The notes beneath the pieces were generated by a model. The model was given only the letters and a program-made list of their open reading frames with translations, did no database searches and was not told the DNA's origin. A DNA stretch of 64,000 bases. It comes from an uncultured Rhodospirillaceae bacterium. Lineage in GTDB: Bacteria; Pseudomonadota; Alphaproteobacteria; Rhodospirillales; UBA2165. Location of the stretch: assembly GCA_964611435.1 (NCBI GenBank), contig CAZSXT010000010.1, forward strand, positions 26,336 through 90,335, written 5' to 3'. The position numbers were made by a program, and so were the translations under genes. Of this stretch, positions 8,232-17,671 are shown one piece after another (positions within the stretch are counted from its first letter, which is position 1; each line of letters opens with the position of its first letter).

Positions 8232-9668
8232 GTGACCACCATTGTCTGGTTCCGCCGGGATTTGCGCCTGACCGATAACCCCGCGCTGAGCGCGGCGGCG
8301 GCGCGCGGCCCGGTGATCCCGGTTTATATTCATGACGAGGAGGGTTCAGGCGAAATGCGGGCCATCGGCGGCGCGTCCCGCTGGTGGCTGCATCATAGCC
8401 TGACGGAATTGGATAAGAGCCTCGGCGGGCTCGGCCTGTTTCGGGAGCCGGCGTTGGATGTTCTCCAAAAGCTGGTGACGACGACCGGCGCAGATGCCGT
8501 TTATTGGAACCGCCTATATGAACCGGACGCCATTGCCCGCGACATGGAGATCAAATCGGCGCTGACCAAAGCCGGGATCGAAGCCAATAGCTTCCCCGGC
8601 AATCTGTTGCATGAACCGTGGGAGACCGTGAAAAACGACGGTACGCCGTTCAAAGTGTTCACACCGTTCTGGCGGGCGGCGCGTGCCAAGCCGGGGGCGC
8701 CGCCTCTGCCCGCCCCGGCGGTGATCTTGGCCCCCTTTCCGTTGTTCAGCGAGGCGCTGGAGGATTGGAACCTGACGCCCCACGCCCCCAATTGGGCCGC
8801 TGGGTGGAGCGAATTCTGGCAACCGGGGGAGGCCGGCGCGGCAGAAGCCTTGGACACATTCCTGGACGAGAAACTGTCCGGCTATGGCGAACTGCGCGAC
8901 CGGCCCGATTTGGATCAGACCTCCCGGCTGTCGCCCCATCTGCACTTCGGTGAAATCTCCCCCCGGCAAATTTTCGCCCGGGCCACACATCTGATGGATC
9001 GTCAACCGGTGCGCGGCGGTGACGGTGAAAAGTTCCTGAGCGAAGTAGGCTGGCGGGAATATTCCCATCACCTTCTGTATCACTATCCCAATCTGCCGAC
9101 CGCCAACTGGAAACCGGCCTTCGACGCCTATCCATGGCGGGACAGCGCGGACGATTTGCGCGCCTGGCAGCAGGGGCAAACCGGCTATCCCATGGTCGAT
9201 GCAGGCCTCAGAGAGCTCTGGACCACCGGGACCATGCACAACCGGGTGCGGATGATCGCCGCCAGTTTTTTGATCAAGCACCTGCGGATCGACTGGCGCG
9301 AGGGCGAGGCGTGGTTTTGGGACACGCTGTTGGACGCCGACACGGCTAACAACGCCGCCGGCTGGCAGTGGGTGGCCGGCAGCGGCGCTGACGGGTCACC
9401 CTATTTCCGCATCTTCAACCCCATCACCCAGGGACGTAAATTTGACCCCGAGGGCGATTACGTCCGCAAATGGTGCCCGGAACTAGCAGGATTGCCGAAC
9501 AAATTGATCCACGCGCCGTTCGAAGCGACGGAGATCGAGCTGGCCGCCGCCGGCATCAAACTGGGCGAGACCTACCCCCACCCCATTGTCGATCACAAAA
9601 TCGCCCGGGAAAACGCGCTGGCGGGATACGAGAAGGTGAAACAGGCCCAAACCGCCCAAGAACGTTGA
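8232..9668 (+). CDS. phrB: Deoxyribodipyrimidine photolyase (CPD photolyase/cryptochrome family)
   Basis: IVWFRRDLRLTDNPAL N-terminal domain; FAD-binding TGYPMVDAGLRELWTTGTMHNRVRMIAASFL ... WQWVAGSGADGSPYFRIFNP; GTG start 3 nt after the HNH stop. Confidence 0.93.
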   Translation: MTTIVWFRRDLRLTDNPALSAAAARGPVIPVYIHDEEGSGEMRAIGGASRWWLHHSLTELDKSLGGLGLFREPALDVLQKLVTTTGADAVYWNRLYEPDAIARDMEIKSALTKAGIEANSFPGNLLHEPWETVKNDGTPFKVFTPFWRAARAKPGAPPLPAPAVILAPFPLFSEALEDWNLTPHAPNWAAGWSEFWQPGEAGAAEALDTFLDEKLSGYGELRDRPDLDQTSRLSPHLHFGEISPRQIFARATHLMDRQPVRGGDGEKFLSEVGWREYSHHLLYHYPNLPTANWKPAFDAYPWRDSADDLRAWQQGQTGYPMVDAGLRELWTTGTMHNRVRMIAASFLIKHLRIDWREGEAWFWDTLLDADTANNAAGWQWVAGSGADGSPYFRIFNPITQGRKFDPEGDYVRKWCPELAGLPNKLIHAPFEATEIELAAAGIKLGETYPHPIVDHKIARENALAGYEKVKQAQTAQER

Positions 9669-9692
9669 CACCGGGGTCAAATTCCCTATAGT
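9665..9692 (+). promoter_or_regulatory. Near-consensus sigma-70-type promoter for rpsD
   Basis: TTGACA (9665-9670, overlapping the phrB stop), 16-nt spacer, TATAGT (9687-9692); implies a leader of about 120 nt before rpsD ATG 9823. Confidence 0.5.
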
Positions 9693-9822
9693 CCCGCGCT
9701 CATTCCCGAGAATGTGGATACCGGCAATAGGTCCGGTACGCCCGCCGCCGGATACCCCAAAGACTTTCCGGGTCGGACTATCGGGACAAAAACGACCGGT
9801 TAACGAGTGAGAGAGACGAACC

Positions 9823-10437
9823 ATGACCAAACGCATCCGTGCGAAATACAAGATCGACCGCCGCCTTCGGGTCAACCTGTGGGGCCGGCCCAAATCCCCC
9901 TTCAACACCCGCGAATACGGCCCGGGCCTGCACGGCCAGCGGCGCAAGAAGCAGTCTGACTTTGGCCTGCAGCTCCAGGCCAAGCAGAAGCTCAAGGGCT
10001 ATTACGGCAATATCTCGGAGAAGCAGTTCCGCCGCTATTACCACGATGCGGCCCGGCGCCCCGGTGATACGTCGGAAAACCTGATCGGCCTGTTGGAGCG
10101 CCGGCTGGACGCCGTCATCTACCGGATGAAGTTCGTGCCGACCGTGTTTTCCGCCCGGCAGTTCATCAACCACGGCCATATCCGGGTGAACGGCAAACGG
10201 GTTAACATCCCGTCCTATTCGGTGAAGGACGGCGACATCATTGAGATCAAGGAAAAGTCCCGGGATCTGCAGATTGTGCTGGAAGCCGCCGGCTCGCCGG
10301 AGCGGGACGTGCCGGAGTATGTCCAAGTGGACCACGGCAAAATGCGCGGCAGCTATATCCGCCAGCCTGGCCTCGCCGACGTGCCCTATCCGGTGCAGAT
10401 GGAACCGAACCTGGTGATCGAGTATTACTCCCGCTAA
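9823..10437 (+). CDS. rpsD: 30S ribosomal protein S4
   Basis: [26 protein letters not shown] ... [42 protein letters not shown] (S4 domain). Confidence 0.97.
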   Translation: MTKRIRAKYKIDRRLRVNLWGRPKSPFNTREYGPGLHGQRRKKQSDFGLQLQAKQKLKGYYGNISEKQFRRYYHDAARRPGDTSENLIGLLERRLDAVIYRMKFVPTVFSARQFINHGHIRVNGKRVNIPSYSVKDGDIIEIKEKSRDLQIVLEAAGSPERDVPEYVQVDHGKMRGSYIRQPGLADVPYPVQMEPNLVIEYYSR

Positions 10438-10459
10438 GTCCGGGTTTCAGACCGAAATC

Positions 10460-10492
10460 AAAAAGGCCGCCTCATCAAGGCGGCCTTTTTTG
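10460..10492. terminator. Bidirectional rho-independent terminator between convergent rpsD and gcrA
   Basis: aaaaaggccgcc-tcatcaa-ggcggccttttttgg: 8-bp GC stem flanked by an A-run and a T-run. Confidence 0.85.
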
Positions 10493-10558
10493 GTTGGTGG
10501 AACATACGGTCGGCTAGCGACCCAAACATCAATAAACGAAGTGGCGGTGACCCGCCAC

Positions 10559-10915
10559 CTACGCCGCAGCCGTTTTCTTCTTCGGCGGCACGTAGGCGAT
10601 TTTGCAGTGATCTTCGCAATAGGGTTTACCGTCCACCGCCGGGTTGCCGCAAAAGCGGAAATCGTCCTCGCCCGGTTCGCCTTCAGGCCAGGAACACTGG
10701 TTGGCCTTAAGCCGTTCCAGGGTGACCACGTTGGGTTCCCGTTTCGGCGCGGCGGGCGCGCGGCGCATGGCTAAATCAAGCCGGCGGACTTTGCCGACAA
10801 CGGCATTCTTGGTGATGCCGAGCCGACGGCCAATTTCACTGGCGGAAAGGCCGGTCGCCCAAAGTTTGGTCAGTTCCTCGACCCGTTCCGGTGTCCATTC
10901 ATGGGTGACGGTCAT
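10559..10915 (-). CDS. gcrA: GcrA cell-cycle transcriptional regulator
   Basis: WTPERVEELTKLWATGLSASEIGRRLGITKNAVVGKVRRL N-domain; C-terminal CSWPEGEPGEDDFRFCG...KPYCEDHCKIAY; start taken at ATG 10915 (MTVTHEW). Confidence 0.9.
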   Translation of the reverse strand: MTVTHEWTPERVEELTKLWATGLSASEIGRRLGITKNAVVGKVRRLDLAMRRAPAAPKREPNVVTLERLKANQCSWPEGEPGEDDFRFCGNPAVDGKPYCEDHCKIAYVPPKKKTAAA

Positions 10916-11073
10916 GATCTCAATTACCCTCCGGTTAGAGTGTTGCGTACTTCCGGTTTGTCCTTGTTGGTTTGGAAAACCCCCGTTGAAGCCACCCGTC
11001 TCCCCGCCGCGAGCCAAGCGCCTTCATTTACCTTACGCGGGATTCATACTACATTTAGGGTTTTTGAACAACA

Positions 11074-11109
11074 TTCCCCACAACATTTTGTGCATAAATT
11101 TGTGTATAA
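11074..11109. promoter_or_regulatory. Cluster of three DnaA-box-like 9-mers upstream of gcrA
   Basis: ttccccaca (11074-11082, 7/9 to TTATCCACA), tgtgcataa (11089-11097, 8/9 to TGTGGATAA), tgtgtataa (11101-11109, 8/9). Confidence 0.3.
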
Positions 11110-11224
11110 GTCGGCTTTTCCTGGGGATTTCTCGGAAAAACGGTGACTTTTTCAGGTTGACTCGGCTATGATTTTAAAAAATAGGGCCGTAGGTGGACTT
11201 TCAGGGGCCCAAAGAGCCAGAGAC

Positions 11225-12010
11225 ATGCCGCGTCTTATCCGTATCACAACCTATATGTTGTTCGTTGCCGGTCTGACCGTGCAGGTCGCAGTGGCGCATG
11301 CCCAGACGGCCAAGACATTTCTGGGCGAAGCGCTGTCCGGTTCTGATGGGACCTATTTAGTGCTGAAAGACGTCAATGTGAGGTCCAAGCCTCTGACCAA
11401 ATCCAAGCGCGTGGGCCGTTTCCGAAAAGGCGCGCGCATCCAGTCTCCCGGCAAAGCAAAAGGGACACAATGGATAGCCGTGCGTCAGGACGGCAAAGAA
11501 CTGGGATTCATCTATGGCACCGCCCTGGCGCCGGTCTTGGACGGAAAGCTAAAGAAGGATTTGACCGGGTCGCTCGCCTCGGCGGGTAAACCCGCGTGCA
11601 AATATGTCATCGCTTTTGCCCAACGCAACGAAATCGAAGGCGAGCAGCAGATTATCAGTGATTATGACGTCACCCTGAACTGCACTTACAAAAATCAGCC
11701 GGTGGAGTTGTTCGCGTCTATGTTCTTTACCGAGTTGCCGTATCTCGATCTAAAGAAAGACCTTTTCCAGATCAACGTCGATGTATTGGGCGTCTCGGAA
11801 GCCGAAGACGATAGCCTGTCGATTATTTCAATCTATCAGCCGTCAAAGGCCGAAATCCGGTACGAGGGCGCATCGGATCCCGGCCTGGCGGCTACGGAGA
11901 AGCCCGCTCCGATCAAGGCGAATGACGTCCCCGGGGCATTACGCGGCGCCTTGGCCTTCGCGTATAAGACGTGGAAGGACTCCGTCTGGCAGGACTTGTC
12001 CGAGCAATAG
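11225..12010 (+). CDS. Secreted hypothetical protein with a bacterial SH3 domain
   Basis: Signal peptide MPRLIRITTYMLFVAGLTVQVAVAHA/QTA; SH3b-like LKDVNVRSKPLTKSKRVGRFRKGARIQSPGKAKGTQWIAVRQDGKELGFIYGTAL; alternative start 11168. Confidence 0.6.
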   Translation: MPRLIRITTYMLFVAGLTVQVAVAHAQTAKTFLGEALSGSDGTYLVLKDVNVRSKPLTKSKRVGRFRKGARIQSPGKAKGTQWIAVRQDGKELGFIYGTALAPVLDGKLKKDLTGSLASAGKPACKYVIAFAQRNEIEGEQQIISDYDVTLNCTYKNQPVELFASMFFTELPYLDLKKDLFQINVDVLGVSEAEDDSLSIISIYQPSKAEIRYEGASDPGLAATEKPAPIKANDVPGALRGALAFAYKTWKDSVWQDLSEQ

Positions 12011-12028
12011 ACCCAATTCGCCCGAGTC

Positions 12029-13306
12029 CTATTTCTCCCGGGCAATCGCCCGCCAGCCAATGTCCCGCCGGCAAAATCCCTCGGGCCAGTCAATCGCATC
12101 CACGGCCGTATAGGCTTTGGTCTGCGCGACCTTCACACTTGAGCCCAGAGCGGTCACGCCCAGAACCCGTCCCCCGTTGGCGGCGACCTGGCCATCCACG
12201 AACTTGGTGCCTGCATGCAGGATGGTGACATCGGGATCAGCCGCCGCCGCATCCAGATTGCCGATCACCGAACCCTTTTCATAAGACCCCGGATAGCCGT
12301 TTGCGGCCATCACCACCACCATGGCGGCCTCGTCCCGCCAATTCAGCGCGATCTCGGACAGCCTGCCTTCGGCGGCGGCGTCCAACGCTTCAAGCATGTC
12401 GGAATCGGCACGCGCCATCAGGACCTGACACTCCGGATCGCCAAACCGAACGTTGAATTCCAGCACCTTGGCGCCGTTGTCAGTGATCATCAGTCCGGCG
12501 AACAGAACGCCCGTGTAAGGCCGGCCTTCCGCGGCCATGCCGTCGATGGTCGGCTGGATAACGGTTCTCATGATCTCGGCCTCCAGCGCAGGTGTGACCA
12601 CCGGGGCCGGGGAATAAGCGCCCATGCCGCCCGTGTTCGGCCCCTTGTCCCCGTCATAAACCGCCTTGTGATCCTGGGCGGAAACCAGCGCAACCGCCGA
12701 CTTGCCATCAACCAGGGCAAAGAAACTGGCCTCTTCGCCGGTCAGAAATTCTTCGACCACCACTTCATCGCCGGCCTCACCGAACACCCGCTCGACCATG
12801 ATCTCGTCCAAGGCCTGGAGGGCTTCGTCCTCCGTCTGGGCGAGGATCACGCCTTTGCCGGCGGCTAGGCCGCTCGCCTTGATGACGATGGGCGCCCCCT
12901 GTTCTTTGACATAAGCGACGGCCTCAGCGTGATCGCTGAACCGGCCATAGGCGGCGGTTGGAATGTCGTACTTGGCGAACAAATCCTTCATGAACGCTTT
13001 GGAACCTTCCAGGATCGCCGCGTCCTTGGTCGGACCAAACGCTTTGATGCCGGCGGCGCGCAATTCGTCCACGAGACCCAGCACCAACGGCGCTTCCGGA
13101 CCCACCACCACCAAATCGATTTTGTTGTCCTTGGCGAAGGCGACAAGCGCGGGCACGTCTTCGGCGCCGATATCCACACATTCGGCGACATCAGAAATGC
13201 CGGCATTCCCCGGCGCGCAATAGAGCGCGTCGCATTTCGGCGACCGGGCGATGGCCCAGCACAACGCGTGTTCCCGTCCGCCGCCACCAACGACCAATAC
13301 TTTCAT
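12029..13306 (-). CDS. purD: Phosphoribosylamine--glycine ligase
   Basis: [23 protein letters not shown] ... ATP-grasp GLAAGKGV ... [10 protein letters not shown]. Confidence 0.96.
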   Translation of the reverse strand: MKVLVVGGGGREHALCWAIARSPKCDALYCAPGNAGISDVAECVDIGAEDVPALVAFAKDNKIDLVVVGPEAPLVLGLVDELRAAGIKAFGPTKDAAILEGSKAFMKDLFAKYDIPTAAYGRFSDHAEAVAYVKEQGAPIVIKASGLAAGKGVILAQTEDEALQALDEIMVERVFGEAGDEVVVEEFLTGEEASFFALVDGKSAVALVSAQDHKAVYDGDKGPNTGGMGAYSPAPVVTPALEAEIMRTVIQPTIDGMAAEGRPYTGVLFAGLMITDNGAKVLEFNVRFGDPECQVLMARADSDMLEALDAAAEGRLSEIALNWRDEAAMVVVMAANGYPGSYEKGSVIGNLDAAAADPDVTILHAGTKFVDGQVAANGGRVLGVTALGSSVKVAQTKAYTAVDAIDWPEGFCRRDIGWRAIAREK

Positions 13307-13400
13307 GATTATAGCCCCACCGTTGAGTTGATCCGTTTTCGGTTCTTTCATAATTCCGCCTATACGGAGACCAACTCATAGCATAAATTGTCATCAAGTC

Positions 13401-14879
13401 ATGTCCGAACTCGAACCATTTGACAGCCCCTTTGAGGGGCCGAACGATCCGGCTGCCGCACCGGGCGACAACCGTCCGGTGTTTTCGGTCAGTGATATTT
13501 CCCAGGCGTTGAAGCGCACCGTCGAAGACAATTTTTCCCACGTGCGGGTGCGCGGCGAAATTTCCCGGCTGACCGTGGCGAGGTCCGGCCACATGTATCT
13601 GACTTTGAAGGACGAGAATGCGGTGCTGGACGGCGTCTGTTGGCGGGGCACGGTCGGGCGGTTGTCTGTTTCCCCGGAAGACGGGATGGAGGTGATCGTC
13701 ACCGGCAGGCTTTCCACCTACGCCGGGCGATCCAGCTATCAGATTGTTATCGAACAGATGGAGGTGGCGGGCGAAGGCGCACTCCTCAAAATGCTGGAAG
13801 ACCGGCGCAAGAAGCTGCTGGCCGAAGGTTTGTTTGACGAGGACCGCAAGAAGGATATCCCCTATATCCCTGAAGTGATCGGCGTGGTGACCTCGCCCAC
13901 CGGCGCGGTGCTTCGGGATATAATGCACCGGCTGCGTGACCGTTTTCCCCGCCACGTGCTGCTGTGGCCGGTGAATGTGCAAGGCGACGGCGCTGCCGGT
14001 CAGGTGGCCGCCGCCATTGACGGGTTTAACCGGATGAAAGAAGGCGGGGCCGTGACAAGGCCTGATGTTCTGATTGTGGCGCGGGGCGGTGGCAGCCTGG
14101 AAGACTTGTGGGCCTTCAACGAAGAAGTGGTGGTGCGCGCTGCGGCAGCCAGCGTGATCCCGCTCATTTCCGCTGTCGGCCACGAAACAGACACGACGCT
14201 AATTGACTTTGCCTCGGACCGCCGCGCGCCCACGCCGACAGCAGCGGCTGAGATGGCGGTGCCGGTCCGCACCGAGTTGATAGCCCAAGTGGCCGACGAC
14301 GGGGCCAGACTGCAACGCGCTATTCACCGGTTACTGCAGGACGGCGCACGCATCATCGATGGGCTGGCCAGGGGAATTCCCGACCCGGCGCGCCTGGCTC
14401 AGGAAGCAACCCTGCGCCTGGATGACCGGAGTGAGCAACTGCTCCGTGCCAAGGATGTATATTTGAACGACCTACGTGGGGAGGTAGCCCGGCTCGCGGG
14501 TGGATTGATCAGCCCGGCCGGGCAGATCGGCCGGAAGTCGGACCAGCTTACCGCGCAGGTCCTGGCTTGGCGGCGCGGCATGACCGCGTATTTGAACGAG
14601 AGAAGCAATGATCTCGAACGCCAATCCCTTCGGCTTGATGGTGTCTCCTACCAGCGGGTTCTGGACCGGGGTTTTGCCTTGGTAACCGATGACACCGGTG
14701 ACTTGGTCAACGCCGCCTCGGCCAAGCACGGTCAGTCCGTGAACATCCGCTTCAAGGATGGTGACGTAGGCGCGCAGGTGGTGTCATCGGACGGATCGAC
14801 GCCACCCTCACCGAAACCAAAGAAGAAGCCCGCCGACAAATCTGAACCCGACTCGGACCCGCAAGGGACGCTTCTGTGA
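13401..14879 (+). CDS. xseA: Exodeoxyribonuclease VII large subunit
   Basis: VFSVSDISQALKRTVEDNFSHVRVRGEISRL...SGHMYLTLKDENAVL OB-fold; VARGGGSLEDLWAFNEE ... ISAVGHETDTTLIDFASDRRAPTPTAAAE. Confidence 0.95.
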   Translation: MSELEPFDSPFEGPNDPAAAPGDNRPVFSVSDISQALKRTVEDNFSHVRVRGEISRLTVARSGHMYLTLKDENAVLDGVCWRGTVGRLSVSPEDGMEVIVTGRLSTYAGRSSYQIVIEQMEVAGEGALLKMLEDRRKKLLAEGLFDEDRKKDIPYIPEVIGVVTSPTGAVLRDIMHRLRDRFPRHVLLWPVNVQGDGAAGQVAAAIDGFNRMKEGGAVTRPDVLIVARGGGSLEDLWAFNEEVVVRAAAASVIPLISAVGHETDTTLIDFASDRRAPTPTAAAEMAVPVRTELIAQVADDGARLQRAIHRLLQDGARIIDGLARGIPDPARLAQEATLRLDDRSEQLLRAKDVYLNDLRGEVARLAGGLISPAGQIGRKSDQLTAQVLAWRRGMTAYLNERSNDLERQSLRLDGVSYQRVLDRGFALVTDDTGDLVNAASAKHGQSVNIRFKDGDVGAQVVSSDGSTPPSPKPKKKPADKSEPDSDPQGTLL

Positions 14880-15682
14880 GAAGTCTGATCTTTGCGCTGG
14901 TTCTTTGTCTGGCGGTGAGTCCTGCTTACGCCCAGTCCACGACCTTCACGCTAGAGGGAAATGCCGCTCAAGGGGGATTGGTGATCGGCCATACGGAGCC
15001 GCACGCCAAAGTCTTTCTCGACAACAAGGAAGTGCCTGTTTCCAAGACCGGGACGTTTCTGTTGGGCTTTGCCTGGAATGCCGGCGACGAGGCCCAGTTG
15101 GTTGTCCGGATCGGCCGCAGGGAAGACATTCGGACTCTTGCCATCCGACAGCGGCAGTTCAAGGAACAGCGCATCGACGGATTGCCCAAGCGCAAGGTGA
15201 GCCCGAACCCGGCTGATCTGAAACGGATCGCCCGTGAAAAGAAAGAAATGGAGGCGGCGAAGCGAGTGCGTACGCCCGAGCCGTTTTTTCTGTCCGGTTT
15301 TCAGCAACCAGCCGAGGGCCGGGTCAGCGGCGTTTATGGCAGCCGCCGTATTCTCAACGGCCAGCCGCGGCGGCCGCACTTTGGTCTCGATATCGCCGCA
15401 CCCCAAGGGACGCCTGTTCGTGCGCTGGCGGACGGGATCGTCCGATTTGTCCATCCCGGCATGTTTTTCAACGGGAAAACCGTGCTGATTGATCACGGGA
15501 TGGGGCTCAATTCCATCTATATCCACATGAGCGCCACCAACGTGAAGGCCGGCGTGACGGTGAAGAAGGGTGACCTGATCGGCGCGGTCGGCCGCACCGG
15601 CCGCGCGACCGGGCCTCATTTACACTTGGGCGTTTCACTGAATGGGACGCCGCTTGATCCGGGATTGCTGGTGGGGCGGTGA
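14876..15682 (+). CDS. M23 family metallopeptidase (secreted)
   Basis: Signal peptide MRSLIFALVLCLAVSPAYA; HFGLDIAAPQGTPVRA ... GRTGRATGPHLHLGV; GTGA overlap with the xseA stop. Confidence 0.9.
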   Translation: MRSLIFALVLCLAVSPAYAQSTTFTLEGNAAQGGLVIGHTEPHAKVFLDNKEVPVSKTGTFLLGFAWNAGDEAQLVVRIGRREDIRTLAIRQRQFKEQRIDGLPKRKVSPNPADLKRIAREKKEMEAAKRVRTPEPFFLSGFQQPAEGRVSGVYGSRRILNGQPRRPHFGLDIAAPQGTPVRALADGIVRFVHPGMFFNGKTVLIDHGMGLNSIYIHMSATNVKAGVTVKKGDLIGAVGRTGRATGPHLHLGVSLNGTPLDPGLLVGR

Positions 15683-15692
15683 CATAATTTTA

Positions 15693-15789
15693 GTCATGCG
15701 CGGGCAGCTACGAAGGAGTGAGACCCGCGTACCCACCTTAAATTTAAACATGGGTCCACGGGTCACCACTGCGCGGGCCCGTGGATGAC
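15693..15789. repeat. Interspersed double-hairpin repeat, copy A (97 bp)
   Basis: gtcat...atgac termini; hairpin 1 tgcgcggg (15697-15704) / cccgcgta (15724-15731); hairpin 2 tccacggg (15755-15762) / cccgtgga (15778-15785); alignable with 26555-26639. Confidence 0.75.
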
Positions 15790-15810
15790 TATAATGGTTA
15801 AAATGGATGG

Positions 15811-16686
15811 CTAATCAGGCCAGCGGTTGTGAACCCACAGCCACTGTTCCGGCCGCTCGGTGATCCACTCGCTCAGATGGCGATTTACTTCGGTCATCAG
15901 TGCGGCAATATCCGCCGTCTTGTCGCCGGTGTCCGGCTTATCAACCGGCGGATAAACAGTCACCCGGAACCGCGCACCCTCAAGGCGCTCCACCCGCGTG
16001 GGCACCAGCGGACAGTCGTAGCGGTAGGCCAATTCGGCCACAGCGGGCGCGGTCATGGCGTCCCGGCCGAGAAAAGGCACAGAGATGCCGTCATTCATTT
16101 TTTGGTCCACCAGCATGGCCATGTGATCGCCCCGGCGAAGGGCGCGTAAGATTGCCTTGGCGCCTTCCGAACCCTTGGGATAGAGATCGCTGCCCAGAGC
16201 GTACCGCCCTTTCTGCACCAGTTTGTCAAAAAACGGATTATTAGCGCGACGATAGACCAGATGCACGGTGAGCCCACGCTTGGTGCCGGCCAGGGGCGAG
16301 ATCTCCCAATTGGCGATATGACCGCCAAAAAACAACCCCGGCATACTGTCATCGCGGAGCGCGTCGCAATGCTCGACACCCACAACTTCGACCCGGCTGT
16401 TTTCTACGTAAGGATCGAACTTGCCCAAATGCGGATGTTCGCCGGCGGTGCGCCCCAAATTGTCCCACATTTTTAGGACGGTTTTCTCAATCTGTTCAGG
16501 GGACATCTGAGGGAAGCACTTCGCCAGGTTACGCCGGGCGTTGTTGCTGACCCTGAGGCGCGGGCCAAAGGTGCGGCCAATCCAGCCACCCAACCCTGAC
16601 GCCGCATCAAGTGGGAGAACGGCGAAAATTGAATAGACGCACCAGGCCGCGCCGGCTTCTAGAATATGGCCAAATCGACGCACCAT
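15811..16686 (-). CDS. Lipid A biosynthesis acyltransferase (LpxL/HtrB-like lysophospholipid acyltransferase family)
   Basis: HIANWE acyltransferase motif; about 290 aa; last gene of the msbA-waaA-lpxK operon. Confidence 0.75.
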   Translation of the reverse strand: MVRRFGHILEAGAAWCVYSIFAVLPLDAASGLGGWIGRTFGPRLRVSNNARRNLAKCFPQMSPEQIEKTVLKMWDNLGRTAGEHPHLGKFDPYVENSRVEVVGVEHCDALRDDSMPGLFFGGHIANWEISPLAGTKRGLTVHLVYRRANNPFFDKLVQKGRYALGSDLYPKGSEGAKAILRALRRGDHMAMLVDQKMNDGISVPFLGRDAMTAPAVAELAYRYDCPLVPTRVERLEGARFRVTVYPPVDKPDTGDKTADIAALMTEVNRHLSEWITERPEQWLWVHNRWPD

Positions 16687-16690
16687 GATG

Positions 16691-17671
16691 CTAAATGGAC
16701 GGTCCCAATGCCGTTACCACCGTGTTCAAAAAGCCGGCTTCATCCGCCAAATCCAAAGTGACATCCAACACCATGATTCCCTTGTGCTGGGGGGCGAGGC
16801 GGGCGTGGTCCTTGGCGGTGGTGATCAATGTGGCGTCCATGGCGGCGGCTTTTTGGACCAGGTGTTCAATTTCGTCAACCGTATAGGGATGATGATCGGG
16901 AAACGGCGTCTGTTCCACCAACGCCGCGTCTAGTCCGGATAGGGTGGTGAAAAACTTTTCCGGCCGCCCAATGCCGGCAAAAGCAAAAAGCCGCTTGCCG
17001 GCCAGCACTTCACCGCTTGCCGGCGCCAGCCGCGCCGAAAACATGGGTAGCGAGGATAGCGCCGGCAGCCCACCCACCCCATGTTTGTCATCGCCGATGA
17101 TCAAAAGGGCGTCAGCCCGCGCCGCGCCAACTTGCACAAGCTCTCTCAAGGGGCCTGCCGGTATCACCCGGCCATTTCCCAACCCGGCGGCGCCGTCAAC
17201 GACCAAGAGGGAAAAGTCTTTGTTCAGGCGCGGGTTTTGAAATCCGTCATCCAGGATTAGGGTATCCGCACCAGCGGCGATGGCGGCGGCGGCGGCAGTG
17301 ACCCTATCAGGACTAACCCAGGTGGGCGCAGCCTGGGCCAGAAGAAGGGGTTCATCACCAACATCCACATACGTGTGGTTCATCTGGTCAACGCGGATAG
17401 GTGCGGAAACGTGTGCGCCGTACCCTCGGCTTAGTATATGGGGCTGCCGGCCTTGGGCGATGAGAAGCTGTGCCACTTTGAGCGCCGTCGGGGTTTTCCC
17501 CGCACCGCCCACTGTCAAATTGCCGATGCAAAGTACCGGTACACCGGCGGAAGCAGGTGTGGTCAAAGCTTGCCGGAGCCGGCCGCCGAGCGCGTAAAGG
17601 CCGGACAGGGGAGACAATAGCAGCGGGACCAACCCCTGCCGTTCGCTATACCAGAAATCAGGCGGCCGCAT
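16691..17671 (-). CDS. lpxK: Tetraacyldisaccharide 4'-kinase
   Basis: P-loop IGNLTVGGAGKTP; ILSRGYG; 14-nt overlap with waaA. Confidence 0.92.
   Translation of the reverse strand: MRPPDFWYSERQGLVPLLLSPLSGLYALGGRLRQALTTPASAGVPVLCIGNLTVGGAGKTPTALKVAQLLIAQGRQPHILSRGYGAHVSAPIRVDQMNHTYVDVGDEPLLLAQAAPTWVSPDRVTAAAAAIAAGADTLILDDGFQNPRLNKDFSLLVVDGAAGLGNGRVIPAGPLRELVQVGAARADALLIIGDDKHGVGGLPALSSLPMFSARLAPASGEVLAGKRLFAFAGIGRPEKFFTTLSGLDAALVEQTPFPDHHPYTVDEIEHLVQKAAAMDATLITTAKDHARLAPQHKGIMVLDVTLDLADEAGFLNTVVTALGPSI

Noticed and set aside
9713-9721. DnaA-box-like tgtggatac in the rpsD leader as a regulatory site
   Set aside because: It is a single 8/9 match inside a probable transcribed leader, with no known DnaA control of rpsD. 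It is most likely coincidental and is noted only within the leader finding.
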